A DNA stretch of 64,000 bases from Patescibacteria group bacterium (GCA_041650915.1 JBAZKE010000001.1:119770-183769); one strand, 5' to 3'; shown: positions 30,982-41,171, counted from the first letter of the stretch. The notes: generated from the sequence alone by a model not told the origin. Numbers and translations are program-made.

Positions 30982-31430
30982 GATATGCACCTCCTTTCTA
31001 TTGATTTTATTGGTGATATATAGTAACACTTAGTACTGCTATATCGTATCACATAGTAGTATGTGGTGTCAAGGAATACACCGTAAGGCGAGGCAGGCGG
31101 GTTGTCGGTTCGCCGCGAACCACTAAAAAGCTCACGGCACCCATGTACCCTTTCGTAGTACATGACGAATTTCGTCTTCGGAGTTGGAGATTTTTAATGG
31201 AGCAATTCCGCAGAGCGGGGTAGGTTGCCCCGGCGCATAGTCGGGGCTCGTGGAGTTCGCCTTTTTATTCGCGTTGAAATTGATAGTGAAAATCTCGACG
31301 CACCGCGAAAGCGGCGCGGAGATCCCACGCAGAGGCAGGAGTTTGGCTTGTCCCGACAGAAACCGCAGCATCAGGAGGGGCTTGACAGTACTATTCGGTG
31401 TATTATACTCAATATATCGCATTACGATAT

Positions 31431-31757
31431 ATGGACCAACAATTACTCAAAGGCCATTCCCGACTCCTCATTCTGGCGGCTTTGAATAAGCGGCCAATGC
31501 ACGGGTATGCATTATCGGAATTCCTCAAAGAGGAAATGGCCGAAACTTTTAAATTTGGTGTCGGTATGTTATACCCGCTTCTCCATAAACTCGAGAAAGA
31601 TACATATATTGTCGGACGCTGGGAAGAATCTGGTGGATTGCCGAAACGGGTGTATCGGCTTACCAAACAAGGGGAAAAAGAGTTCAAGAAAAAAAAGCAA
31701 GAATGGAACAATTTGTCTCTGCTGGTGCGAAACATTATTAGCCACTCAACGATATGA
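31431..31757 (+). CDS. PadR family transcriptional regulator
   Basis: QLLKGH...PMHGYAL...GMLYPLLHKLEK...KRVYRLTKQG. Confidence 0.9.
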   Translation: MDQQLLKGHSRLLILAALNKRPMHGYALSEFLKEEMAETFKFGVGMLYPLLHKLEKDTYIVGRWEESGGLPKRVYRLTKQGEKEFKKKKQEWNNLSLLVRNIISHSTI

Positions 31758-32590
31758 CCAATGGGCAATTTTTAAAGGATTTTCAACATCACCTCGAGGT
31801 TGGCGGCCCTCAGCGTAATGAGATCGTCAGTGAGGTGAGGAGCCATTTGCAGGAACAGCCAGCTGGTCAGCTTGGTAACCCGGCGGTAGTAGCGAAAAAA
31901 ATGAACCGCGTGCATTTGGGATTGTTTGCTTCATTTTTTTCTTTGGCGATGGCAGCTACGCTAGTAACATTACTCTTTGATGTAGTTGTCCCTTATGTCG
32001 GACTCATTTATCACGGAAGTCCAGTGTGGAAAAATGTTTCATGGATATCCTCAATACTCTGGCAATGCATCCCGTTTATTTCCCCAATCCTGTTTATTTA
32101 TGGCGCGCATGCCATCAGCCGCATGCGGAATCGGTGGGTTTACGTGGCGATACTTGTAGCAATTTTTACGGCGGGATTTTCCATGCAACAGGAGCTGATG
32201 CAGGCAACGGGTTATTTATTAATCTCGACGGTTAGCGGCAGTACGTCATTGTGGTCGATACATATTCAGCCAATTGTTACTTTTTTCTTTACCTACGCCA
32301 TCATCGGGTATGCGGTGATGGCCATCACGGCGGGCCGACAACTGATCATTTCTCGTCATCCGGTTATTGACATTACGCTTGCTTTTATTCTTGGAGGCGG
32401 GGCCGCCCGCTTCTTGCTACCGATGGTTTGGAACGCCATCACGTCGTTTCATTATACGATGGCCATGTCCGAATGGTCAGCCTCCGCCTTTCAATATCTC
32501 ACGGTGGCTAGTATCGGCATCGGTCTGTTATGCGCGGGCATTGAATGGCTCCGTATACGGTCTGTAAAAAAACTCGCCACCATCAAATAG
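31754..32590 (+). CDS. PadR-associated membrane protein (HAAS-like N-terminus, multiple TM)
   Basis: EIVSEVRSHLQE...LGNPAVVA followed by hydrophobic helices; ATGA overlap with PadR. Confidence 0.7.
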   Translation: MTNGQFLKDFQHHLEVGGPQRNEIVSEVRSHLQEQPAGQLGNPAVVAKKMNRVHLGLFASFFSLAMAATLVTLLFDVVVPYVGLIYHGSPVWKNVSWISSILWQCIPFISPILFIYGAHAISRMRNRWVYVAILVAIFTAGFSMQQELMQATGYLLISTVSGSTSLWSIHIQPIVTFFFTYAIIGYAVMAITAGRQLIISRHPVIDITLAFILGGGAARFLLPMVWNAITSFHYTMAMSEWSASAFQYLTVASIGIGLLCAGIEWLRIRSVKKLATIK

Positions 32591-32749
32591 CTCTTAAGCA
32601 GTATCTCAAATGTCATTTATTCCACGAATGGTGCGAGATTAGCCGGAAGGCTCCTATAGGTTCCAGACCGTAGTGGGGAGCTTTAGTTTTTTTAGTTGCG
32701 CATGGTGATGAATATTGACTGTCGGGGGCACACACATTACAATTGATAT

Positions 32750-34237
32750 ATGAAAACATTTTTTTTCCTAGGCCTCGTAAGTGCAGGTATTTTGTTTTTT
32801 TGGGTTTCGCCTGCAAGCGCTGATCTTGGCCCGCCGCCCGTCTTTACCCAGGGTGGCATGTTGCAAACCGATGCCGAGGCGACGAATGTGGCTATGGTGA
32901 ACGAGGAGGTTGTATTGAAATATAGCCAACCCCATAGTGATGATTTGTTCGGTACGGTGATGCCAGTTCATGTAACTGCCACATTTACCATGCGAAATAC
33001 CGGCACGGAAGCAGAAACTCTGCAGGTTTATTTTCCCTCAAACGATAGTGTTTTTATCGGCGGCTATGAGGGGGAGTATGGGACGGTGAGTAATTTTACC
33101 GTTAACGGCCGGGTAATCGGTGATGAGGGCCTCGGCCACATTGCTGCGAATATCAATAGCGAGGACCAGTCTATCCTGGTCTACCAATGGGAAGAAACTT
33201 TTTTACCGGGAGAAGATACCGATCTTGTTATTTCATATGATGCCAAGAGCGGTAAGGATTACGAAGTGTACTACCTCACGTATGTGCTCGGCACTGGCCG
33301 GGGCTGGAAAGGGCCGATCGCAAACGGCACGGTGTCCTTTGAACTGCCTGAAACTCTGACAGATTATAGCGTGGTCGATGAAGCCCCCTTGGTGGCGGAA
33401 AACGCTTTGCCGTATACGGTGGCAGGCAATACGATAACCGTGGCACTGAAGGACTACGAGCCAGAATCCGATGCAGTCATCGTTCTTGGTGTCTATAATT
33501 TTGATTTGGTGCAGCAGGTTGAAAACCTCAAACGGAATGCAACGAGCTTTGAAAATACGCTTAAGCTTGCCGGTGCCCTCCACGCTCTCTCGAGCGGTCC
33601 GCACTGCGTTTTCTGTACGGGGAAAGCTTCGGATATGGCTCTATCGTATTATTTGGAAAGTTTGGAACAGGCGGCTGCGGGAAGCGATTTAGACCGTGTG
33701 CTTGCCTCGTTTATGTTCGGGGATACAGGATTGTATGAAGACTGGACACCACCTAGCCCGTCAGAGGCAAAAGCATTGTTTTCTTTCCCGGCTTGCGGAG
33801 TTGATGATACAAACTGCCGTTATAGCGCGTATTTCGACCGCGGAGGGCTTGGCGAAACACCATTCAGCTTTGATTATACTACCCACGCCTTGAAGCATAC
33901 GGATTTCTTGGAGCTGTATGTTTCAAAAATACGTTCGTATGATTCGGTAACCGCTGATGCTATTGAGCGCTATATCCAGGATGCACCAAAAGCCTACGAA
34001 TGGCAGAATGGGCAGTATGCCCTCCCAGAGGCCGCGGACGAAGGGGCCAATGTGAATAGCACTGTGGTAAATACAAATGCCACGATTACGAATACATCGT
34101 CAGAAAATAAAAACTCATCAGCCGCGTCGGTTTCTGCTCGCCATGATGACACGCAACGCAACTGGCAATTGGTCGGTTTAGGCGTTTTGGTGGTTGCGCT
34201 GGCTCTCGGCTATTTGGCAGTTAAAGGAAAAATCTAA
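32750..34237 (+). CDS. secreted/membrane-anchored protein (DUF4424-like N-terminal domain)
   Basis: Signal peptide, VAMVNEEV...ATFTMRN, YVLGTGRGWKGPI, C-terminal TM. Confidence 0.65.
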   Translation: MKTFFFLGLVSAGILFFWVSPASADLGPPPVFTQGGMLQTDAEATNVAMVNEEVVLKYSQPHSDDLFGTVMPVHVTATFTMRNTGTEAETLQVYFPSNDSVFIGGYEGEYGTVSNFTVNGRVIGDEGLGHIAANINSEDQSILVYQWEETFLPGEDTDLVISYDAKSGKDYEVYYLTYVLGTGRGWKGPIANGTVSFELPETLTDYSVVDEAPLVAENALPYTVAGNTITVALKDYEPESDAVIVLGVYNFDLVQQVENLKRNATSFENTLKLAGALHALSSGPHCVFCTGKASDMALSYYLESLEQAAAGSDLDRVLASFMFGDTGLYEDWTPPSPSEAKALFSFPACGVDDTNCRYSAYFDRGGLGETPFSFDYTTHALKHTDFLELYVSKIRSYDSVTADAIERYIQDAPKAYEWQNGQYALPEAADEGANVNSTVVNTNATITNTSSENKNSSAASVSARHDDTQRNWQLVGLGVLVVALALGYLAVKGKI

Positions 34238-34432
34238 ATCCGAACGCCCAGGGATGAGCAACCCTGCTATGCGGAATGGGTTGTCCTGCCGTGTGACGGG
34301 CTCACGGAGTTGGGCATGAGTGCGGGGGATAGGGGCGTCGCAAATCGTCTTTTTGGGTTGATTATTTGCTTGAATAAAGCTAGTAATTGAGGGATAATCA
34401 ATATATTCTTATCCCTACAAGAATCATGGACT

Positions 34433-35494
34433 ATGCATATCCACGAAGTATTTGGCTCAATAAAGAACAACAAGAAATTTGCAGTACCTATAATTGTTGC
34501 AGTTGTTTTGGTTATCGTGATTGCCGTTATCTATTTCTTCGCATTCAGCGCTCCGGAGAGGCAAGCCGGGTTGGGGCAATTTCTTGTTAACACAAACCGT
34601 ACCGATAGCGGCGAAGTGGTAGATAATTTAGTTTTAAAAGATTTTATTAAAAGCCCGGTTGCGTTTAAGATTGTTTATTTACTGCACGGTAGTCCTGACA
34701 TTCAACCGGGTGCCTATCAGATTTCTAAATCCATGTCAGTCTGGGAAATCGCTGATATTTTGAGCCAAGAGCCAAACATGAAGTGGGTGACCGTTCCCGA
34801 GGGTTTACGCAAGGAGCAAATCGCCAACATTCTGGCGGACAAGCTCCATTGGAGTGACGAACAAACCGCTAAATGGGTAACTACCTACACGGCTATGAAG
34901 TTTGATTACGTGGAAGGCGTGTATTTCCCTGATACCTATCTTATTCCCGTTGACGAGGCACCGCTGGCTGTGGCTGAACGAATGCAGAGGCGCTTTGAAG
35001 AGCAATTCACTCCATACTCAAAAGAAGCTCTTGAACAGAACATCCAGTGGACAAGCGTCATCAAGCTCGCTTCCGTAATTCAGCGAGAAGCCGCAGGTAG
35101 TGAAGATATGCCCTTGATAGCCGGGATATTATGGAACCGTCTGAACCAGAAGATGAAGCTTGAAGTTGACGCCACCATTCAATACGTTCGGGACAGTTTA
35201 GCGCATTACGGCACGGCACCCGATTTGTATCAAGATAAGAGCTACACGGCAGAGGGAACGTGGTGGAAGCCGATTTTGGTGGCGGACAAGCAGATCGATT
35301 CGTTGTTCAATACGTATCTTTATGCGGGCCTACCGCCGCGACCTATATCTAATCCTGGTTTGGATGCTATTCAAGCTGTCTTACATCCTGAAGAAACCGA
35401 CTGTTTGTATTACCTGCACGATAATACCCGGACCATTCACTGCGCCAAGACTTTGGCTGAGCATGAGCAGAATATTGAGGAGTATCTTCGCTAA
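34433..35494 (+). CDS. mltG: endolytic transglycosylase MltG
   Basis: VTVPEGLR, EGVYFPDTY, LASVIQRE, NTYLYAGLPPRPISNPG. Confidence 0.92.
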   Translation: MHIHEVFGSIKNNKKFAVPIIVAVVLVIVIAVIYFFAFSAPERQAGLGQFLVNTNRTDSGEVVDNLVLKDFIKSPVAFKIVYLLHGSPDIQPGAYQISKSMSVWEIADILSQEPNMKWVTVPEGLRKEQIANILADKLHWSDEQTAKWVTTYTAMKFDYVEGVYFPDTYLIPVDEAPLAVAERMQRRFEEQFTPYSKEALEQNIQWTSVIKLASVIQREAAGSEDMPLIAGILWNRLNQKMKLEVDATIQYVRDSLAHYGTAPDLYQDKSYTAEGTWWKPILVADKQIDSLFNTYLYAGLPPRPISNPGLDAIQAVLHPEETDCLYYLHDNTRTIHCAKTLAEHEQNIEEYLR

Positions 35495-35714
35495 ATATTA
35501 CGCCGAACCAAGCCAAATGGGTCTCCGCCTACAATGTTAATTTTCAAGATGACTGGCGGATCCGTCTCTGGCGGAAAGAATGAGACACCCCTGTGTACTG
35601 TTTTATTTGTCTCATTCGTACCCCGAAAGACCCCCTGAGATTCCTTGAAAAAGACCCCCAAAGGCTATAGACTGTAGCGGTGAGTTCTGCAATAATTTTC
35701 CTATCTATCGCACG

Positions 35715-36710
35715 ATGGACACGCGCCAGCTGGAAAAAATTATGGAGCATGAGAAACCGTACCGACTGCGACAGGCGCGGCGTGCGGTGTTTCACGATTT
35801 TATCGGCGATTGGAATGAGGCGACCATGCTGGCGACCGATCTGCGGCAGGAGCTGAATAGCGGATGCCCGCTCGGAATGGACAAAAAGCTGTATGCCTCG
35901 GCTGACGGACAAACAGTTAAGGCGCTCCTGAAGCTTGGTGACGGGAAAAAGGTTGAAACGGTGCTGATGCGGCACGGAGACGGCCGCAATACGGTTTGCG
36001 TCTCTTCCCAGGTTGGGTGCCCCATCGGCTGCGTATTCTGTGCCACTGGCCAGATGGGATTCCAGAGGAACCTGGCGCTCGGTGAAATCATCGACCAGGT
36101 GCTTATTTTCAGCAGGCTGCTGAAGGGGGATTCAGCCCGGATTACCAACGTTGTATTCATGGGCATGGGCGAGCCGTTCCTCAACTACGATACGGTCACG
36201 GCAGCTTTACGGCTGCTCAATTCGCCGGATTACTTCGGTTTGGGCTCGAGAAAGCTGGCCGTCTCGACTGCCGGCATTGTGCCCGGAATCGAGAAATTCA
36301 GCCGGGAGGATTGGCAGGTCAACTTGGCGGTCTCACTGCACGCGCCCGACAATGCCCTCCGTACCAGGCTGATGCCCATCAACAAAGCGTACCCGATCGA
36401 AAAGGTGCTGGCGGCGGTTGATGCCTACATCGCCAAGAAAAACAGGCGGGTCATGTTTGAGTACCTGATGATCAGGGGAGTCAATGATTCCACGGAGCAT
36501 GCCCGGCGGCTCGCGAAACTCTTGAACAAACCGCTCTACATGGTGAATGTAATTAGGTACAACCAGACCGGCTCGTACCAGCCGTCCGACGGCGATACGA
36601 TCTCAAAATTTATGCAGGTGCTGCTCAACGCCGGCCTGACAGCCACCCAGCGCTACAGCTACGGCAACGACATCAAGGCAGCGTGCGGCCAGCTGGCGGC
36701 CCTGCCGTGA
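35715..36710 (+). CDS. rlmN: 23S rRNA (adenine-C2)-methyltransferase, radical SAM
   Basis: CVSSQVGCPIGCVFCATG, VFMGMGEP, SLHAP, DIKAACGQL. Confidence 0.93.
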   Translation: MDTRQLEKIMEHEKPYRLRQARRAVFHDFIGDWNEATMLATDLRQELNSGCPLGMDKKLYASADGQTVKALLKLGDGKKVETVLMRHGDGRNTVCVSSQVGCPIGCVFCATGQMGFQRNLALGEIIDQVLIFSRLLKGDSARITNVVFMGMGEPFLNYDTVTAALRLLNSPDYFGLGSRKLAVSTAGIVPGIEKFSREDWQVNLAVSLHAPDNALRTRLMPINKAYPIEKVLAAVDAYIAKKNRRVMFEYLMIRGVNDSTEHARRLAKLLNKPLYMVNVIRYNQTGSYQPSDGDTISKFMQVLLNAGLTATQRYSYGNDIKAACGQLAALP

Positions 36711-36832
36711 TCGGACTGGCATTCGTGCAGCTCATGGGACCGCTGATTCAGATTTCGGGAAGTGAGCATCGTCTGTTCCCCCATAGCTCGTAGTCCTTTT
36801 AATGTTTGACACGATTTTTGAGGTTTGGTAGA

Positions 36833-36862
36833 CTTCATTATGGGTATATACCCATAATGAAG
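36833..36862. promoter_or_regulatory. perfect 30-bp palindromic operator
   Basis: cttcattatgggtat/atacccataatgaag between the promoter and the SD of the DUF5320-like gene. Confidence 0.75.
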
Positions 36863-36875
36863 GGAGGTGAGAAAT

Positions 36876-37130
36876 ATGCCAAATTATAATGGGCAAGGGC
36901 CTTATTGGGGCGGCGGTCCGGCAGCCGGCTGGGGCATGGGTTCGTGCGGAGGCGGGCAAGGTTTTGGTCCTCGCTACGGACGTGGACGCGGGTTTGGACG
37001 CCGTTTTCCAGTGCGGTGGACTCGCAAGGATGAAGAGAAAGCGCTGGCCGACGAGGAAGCGATGCTCAAAGAAGAGCTCGAAGCGGTGCAGACAGCACGG
37101 AAAGAGCTCGGGTCTGAGCCAACAAAGTAG
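36876..37130 (+). CDS. DUF5320-like Gly/Arg-rich small protein
   Basis: MPNYNGQGP...GWGMGSC...GRGRGFG followed by a short coiled coil; SD gggaggtg. Confidence 0.8.
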   Translation: MPNYNGQGPYWGGGPAAGWGMGSCGGGQGFGPRYGRGRGFGRRFPVRWTRKDEEKALADEEAMLKEELEAVQTARKELGSEPTK

Positions 37131-37200
37131 TTGCACTGCTATTTGAATGGTACTAAAATGTACGTTATACTGCGTACACGGGTGTATTTATTCACTAAGG

Positions 37201-37491
37201 ATGCAGCAGGATATGCCGCGACCGCGACTGTGCAGACGGGTCCGTTTCAGGCCTGGCGTTACCTTTTTTAAACCGCAGGGCATACCGATGCGGGCACTCG
37301 AAGTAATCGAGCTCGCACGGGAAGAGGTCGAAGCGCTTCGCCTCAAAAACGTCGCCGGTCACGATCAGGCAGTATGCGCAAAGATGATGAACACTTCACC
37401 GAGTACGTTTCAGCGGATTCTGACGTCAGCCGAGGCCAAGGTAAGCCAGGCGATCGTATACGGCAAAGCGATTGCAATTGAACAGCAATGA
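37201..37491 (+). CDS. DUF134 (UPF0251) family HTH protein
   Basis: MPRPRLCRRV...FFKPQGIP...EEVEALRL...MNTSPSTFQRIL...GKAIAIE. Confidence 0.88.
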   Translation: MQQDMPRPRLCRRVRFRPGVTFFKPQGIPMRALEVIELAREEVEALRLKNVAGHDQAVCAKMMNTSPSTFQRILTSAEAKVSQAIVYGKAIAIEQQ

Positions 37492-38714
37492 TTTTTTTTA
37501 AACGCAAACTGCGAATATCGATTGTTATAGCGGTTGTCCTGCTGCTTGTCTGCGTGACTGCCGTGCAGGCCGCTGTGCCTGTACCGGTTTACTTTTTCTA
37601 TAGCGATACCTGCCCGCACTGCCACAAGGAAAGTACGTTCCTGACACAGCTCGAACAGGAGTACGGCAGCAGCATTGACGTGCGCCGGTACGAGGTAACC
37701 GGCGATAGCTCCGCCCAGCAGCTCTTTAGGGCGTTTGCGCAGACGGCGAGCCAGCCTATTACGGGCGTACCCGCGACCTTTATCGGCAACCAATTCCTGG
37801 TCGGGTTCGGATCGGCGGATACGACGGGTGCGGAGATCAGGAACCTCATCGACCGCTGCATTGCTGCGCCATGCCCTGACATCGGCGCACAACTGGCTGG
37901 CGAGGCGGCCGTGCCGGAATCAGCCGATGAGCCGGATTCGATCATTACAGAGTCGGCAGGCAGCGGATTGACCATCGACGTGCCCCTCTTTGGAACGCTC
38001 GATTTATCAGATTCGTCGCTATTAAGCCTGACGGTGATTATCGCGGCGGTTGACGGTTTCAATCCGTGCGCGATGTGGGCCCTCGCGTTCCTTATCCTCG
38101 TACTCCTCGGGATGCAGGACAGGAAGCGGATGTGGATCCTCGGCACCGTGTTCATCCTTACATCGGGAGCGGTGTACTTTCTGTTCATGACGGCATGGCT
38201 CGAGTTTTTTAATGCGGTCGGGCACGTGGTGTGGATCCGGAGCACCATCGGCATCGCCGCGATAGCAATCGGCGCCTACTACTTTCGACGGTTTTTTAAG
38301 ATGAAGCCGGGTGTGTGCGAGGTCACGAATCCGGAGCAGCGGACTAAGATCATGAATCGCATTAAAGCCGTTGTCCAGCGTCACTCGCTCTGGCTCGCGG
38401 TCGCCGGTATCGTAAGCGTCGCGGCGCTCGTGAACCTCGTTGAGTTTTTCTGCTCGTTTGGGCTCCCCGCGGTGTACACTGAGGCGCTCGCGCTCTCGGG
38501 CATTGAGGGTGTCGGTAAATACCTCTACCTGCTGCTGTACGTCTTTATATTCATGCTGGACGATATGGTTATTTTTGCTATCGCGATGGCCACCATGAAA
38601 GCAGTCGGGACGACCGGCAGGTACTCACGGTATGCGACGCTGATCGGCGGCGTGGTGATTGTGCTGCTCGGGCTGTTGCTCGTGTTCAAGCCCGAGTGGA
38701 TCATGTTCGGTTAA
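37488..38714 (+). CDS. thioredoxin/glutaredoxin domain fused to a CcdA/DsbD-like membrane domain
   Basis: CPHC, ITGVP, DGFNPCAMW, VEFFCSFGLP. Confidence 0.85.
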   Translation: MIFFKRKLRISIVIAVVLLLVCVTAVQAAVPVPVYFFYSDTCPHCHKESTFLTQLEQEYGSSIDVRRYEVTGDSSAQQLFRAFAQTASQPITGVPATFIGNQFLVGFGSADTTGAEIRNLIDRCIAAPCPDIGAQLAGEAAVPESADEPDSIITESAGSGLTIDVPLFGTLDLSDSSLLSLTVIIAAVDGFNPCAMWALAFLILVLLGMQDRKRMWILGTVFILTSGAVYFLFMTAWLEFFNAVGHVVWIRSTIGIAAIAIGAYYFRRFFKMKPGVCEVTNPEQRTKIMNRIKAVVQRHSLWLAVAGIVSVAALVNLVEFFCSFGLPAVYTEALALSGIEGVGKYLYLLLYVFIFMLDDMVIFAIAMATMKAVGTTGRYSRYATLIGGVVIVLLGLLLVFKPEWIMFG

Positions 38715-38794
38715 TTCATAAACCGTGTCTGCTAACGGCCGATGCACGATCGGCCTTTTTTGTTTTCTTTATAAAAGTACTATAAGATGTATGC

Positions 38795-39484
38795 ATGAAC
38801 GAGGTATCACAAAAAATATCCAGTTTTCTGCACCAGCGGAAGATCAGCTGGAAAACGGACGCGCTCTGGCTTGCGGTGATTGTGCTTATTATCCTCGTCT
38901 TTACGTACTTCGATACGATCATACCGGAACCTGAGGTCATTGAATCGTGGACCAATCAGTTCGGCGCGTGGGGTCCGCTTGTCATAATCGGCATCATTAT
39001 CGCTGAGACAGTATTCGCACCGGTGCCTGGTACGTTTATCCCGATCGCCATCGGCGCGCTCTATGGCGTATGGCCGGGCGTGCTGATCGGGTGGGTGGGA
39101 AATGTTATCGGCTCGGTCATCGCCTTCTGGATAGCGCGGAAGCTTGGGCGCCCGGTGGTCCGGAGGATCATTTCCGAAGAAAAGCTGCAGAAGTACGACC
39201 ACTACCTGCACCGCCGCAAGATGATGATCTGGGTCGCGTACTTCATTCCGCTCTTGCCGCTTGATGTTATCAGTTTCGTGGTCGGCCTGTCGCAGATCAG
39301 GTTCAGCTTCTTTTTCAAGATTATCGCAATCGGATTCGCGGGCAACCAGCTCTTGCTGACCCTGTTCGGGGAGCGCCTCGTCGGGGCTGCTGGCTGGGAA
39401 AAGGCACTGTGGATAGCGCTGACGGTCGTGTTCCTCGCAGCGGCGATGTTGTTCGAGCGCTCGTCGGAGCGGCAAAAAAAATAA
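38795..39484 (+). CDS. TVP38/TMEM64 (DedA/VTT) family membrane protein
   Basis: GPLVII...APVPG...GALYGVWPG...AFWIARKLGR...PLDVISFVVGL. Confidence 0.88.
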   Translation: MNEVSQKISSFLHQRKISWKTDALWLAVIVLIILVFTYFDTIIPEPEVIESWTNQFGAWGPLVIIGIIIAETVFAPVPGTFIPIAIGALYGVWPGVLIGWVGNVIGSVIAFWIARKLGRPVVRRIISEEKLQKYDHYLHRRKMMIWVAYFIPLLPLDVISFVVGLSQIRFSFFFKIIAIGFAGNQLLLTLFGERLVGAAGWEKALWIALTVVFLAAAMLFERSSERQKK

Positions 39485-39496
39485 TCCCACCCGAAG

Positions 39497-41038
39497 ATGG
39501 AGAAAAAAAGCATTGCTACCGTTTTGCTCGTCGCGATCCTCGTACTCGGAGGCATACTGCGCTTTGTGACGCTGGACCGCGAACTCATTTTCGATGACGT
39601 CTTCAGCATCCACTACGCCTCCCTCCCCGCCGGTGATATCATGCACTACTCCGCGAGCGAGGTATCCGAGGTGCCGCTCTATTACCTCATGCTCCACGGC
39701 TGGATAGGAATGTTCGGATCCGGAGCGGTTGCAGCCAAGATGTTCTCACTGCTCATGAGCCTCGGCTCAATACTCGCGATGTACTTTTTGGGCAGGCTGC
39801 TGTTCAGCAAAACGGTTGGATTGGTAGCGAGCTTGCTCCTGAGCGTGAGTTCGATTGATATCCTGCTGTCCGGGGATGTCCGTGCATACACGCTGCTCAT
39901 ATTCTTGACGATCGCCTGTGTGTACCATTTTTGGCAGTACGTACGGAGCAGGAAGCTATCGGTACTCGTGTTGTTTTCAGCGTGCTCGGTTCTGGCGGTC
40001 TATACGCACTACCAAGCGTGGCTTGTCGTGCTGGCGCTTAATCTATTTATTTTCGTTTTTTATAAGCACCATAGCATCCCAGTCAGGCAGTGGCTGCTCG
40101 CCCAGGTAGCAGTCGTACTCTCGTTCGTGCCGTGGATCCTGTACAGCGTCATCCCAAACTTGCGGGATGGCATCTTCGGTACGAGTTGGACCAACCTCAT
40201 ACAGCAGCAGTATAGCAGGCTGATGGTATTCGACATGCCGCTCAACTTCATGCTCATGCCGCGCTTCACCGATAATGCCGCGTTTCAGCTCGGCATCCTG
40301 TGGTATACGCTTTTTTTCATCGCCATTGTTTTTGCCGCCGTCTCGTTCCGCCGCGGGCATTTTACGATTGACAAACAGCACGTGCCGGAGCGGATTCTGC
40401 TGCTCGTGCTCTTGCTGATCCCACTGTGCGCATTCTTCGTTTTTGTAGTTCCCGTGCCGAAATACTACGTCGTAGCAGCGATACCGCTCTATGTGATCGC
40501 TGCGTACGGCGCCTCGTCGGCGGTAAAAAAACCTGCGGTACTGTTTGGGATCGGCGCCACAGCGCTCGGGAGTACGTTGCTCTTTATGCCCCAGCTCATA
40601 CAGCTCGCCGCAGCTACGGGCGCCCAGGAGCAGGCAATCGCGTACATCCAGTCGCAGGAACAGGACGAGGATGTCATCCTCGTGCACCACTACCGCGCGC
40701 GGCTCTTCTTTGACCAGCACTACACCGGCACCGCGCGGGTAGCGGGCATTTACCCGAAAGACGATTTTACCGATCTCGACTATGAGATCGCGCGCTTCAA
40801 TTCGCTGCAGGAGCCGGTCATCACCCGGGATACTGTCGATGTATTGCAGAATATGATTTGCAGCAGCAACAGGATTTGGCTATACGCGAGCGAGCTGACT
40901 GCCGCTGAGAAAGAGAGCGGATTGCGGATCAGGGAGTGGCTTGATGATAACGGATGGAGAGCCGTGGAGCCGGAGAACAGCCCGTATGATTTCATTACGC
41001 TGTATGAGAGGGGCAGGCAGGTTGACGTAATCCGGTAG
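39497..41038 (+). CDS. GT-C (PMT/ArnT-like, GT39/83) membrane glycosyltransferase
   Basis: LRFVTL...FDD, PLYYLMLHGW, VRAYTL, YTHY; many TM helices. Confidence 0.82.
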   Translation: MEKKSIATVLLVAILVLGGILRFVTLDRELIFDDVFSIHYASLPAGDIMHYSASEVSEVPLYYLMLHGWIGMFGSGAVAAKMFSLLMSLGSILAMYFLGRLLFSKTVGLVASLLLSVSSIDILLSGDVRAYTLLIFLTIACVYHFWQYVRSRKLSVLVLFSACSVLAVYTHYQAWLVVLALNLFIFVFYKHHSIPVRQWLLAQVAVVLSFVPWILYSVIPNLRDGIFGTSWTNLIQQQYSRLMVFDMPLNFMLMPRFTDNAAFQLGILWYTLFFIAIVFAAVSFRRGHFTIDKQHVPERILLLVLLLIPLCAFFVFVVPVPKYYVVAAIPLYVIAAYGASSAVKKPAVLFGIGATALGSTLLFMPQLIQLAAATGAQEQAIAYIQSQEQDEDVILVHHYRARLFFDQHYTGTARVAGIYPKDDFTDLDYEIARFNSLQEPVITRDTVDVLQNMICSSNRIWLYASELTAAEKESGLRIREWLDDNGWRAVEPENSPYDFITLYERGRQVDVIR

Positions 41039-41050
41039 GTGCGCTATGCT
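41022..41050 (+). promoter_or_regulatory. sigma70 promoter of the Asn leader/tRNA-Asn unit
   Basis: ttgacg-17-tatgct. Confidence 0.75.
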
Positions 41051-41059
41051 CTATGCGCT

Positions 41060-41116
41060 ATGGGATACGGCACAGCACAAACCAATAACAATAATAACCG
41101 CTTCGCCTCGGCGTGA
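41060..41116 (+). CDS. Asn-rich leader peptide MGYGTAQTNNNNNRFASA
   Basis: Five consecutive Asn codons (aat aac aat aat aac) directly upstream of a terminator and tRNA-Asn. Confidence 0.85.
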   Translation: MGYGTAQTNNNNNRFASA

Positions 41117-41171
41117 TTTTCATTGTGTAATTCAATTGAAGGAAATCCCGCCGATGAGCGGGTCTTTTTTT
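41108..41171 (+). terminator. attenuator: antiterminator (41108-41154) and competing intrinsic terminator (41147-41171)
   Basis: tcggcgtgattttc pairs with ggaaatcccgccga (13/14); cccgc-cgatga-gcggg followed by tcttttttt. Confidence 0.85.

Noticed and set aside
35715-36710. Possible Cfr resistance methyltransferase
   Set aside because: Cannot be separated from housekeeping RlmN by eye, and there is no mobile context; called RlmN.
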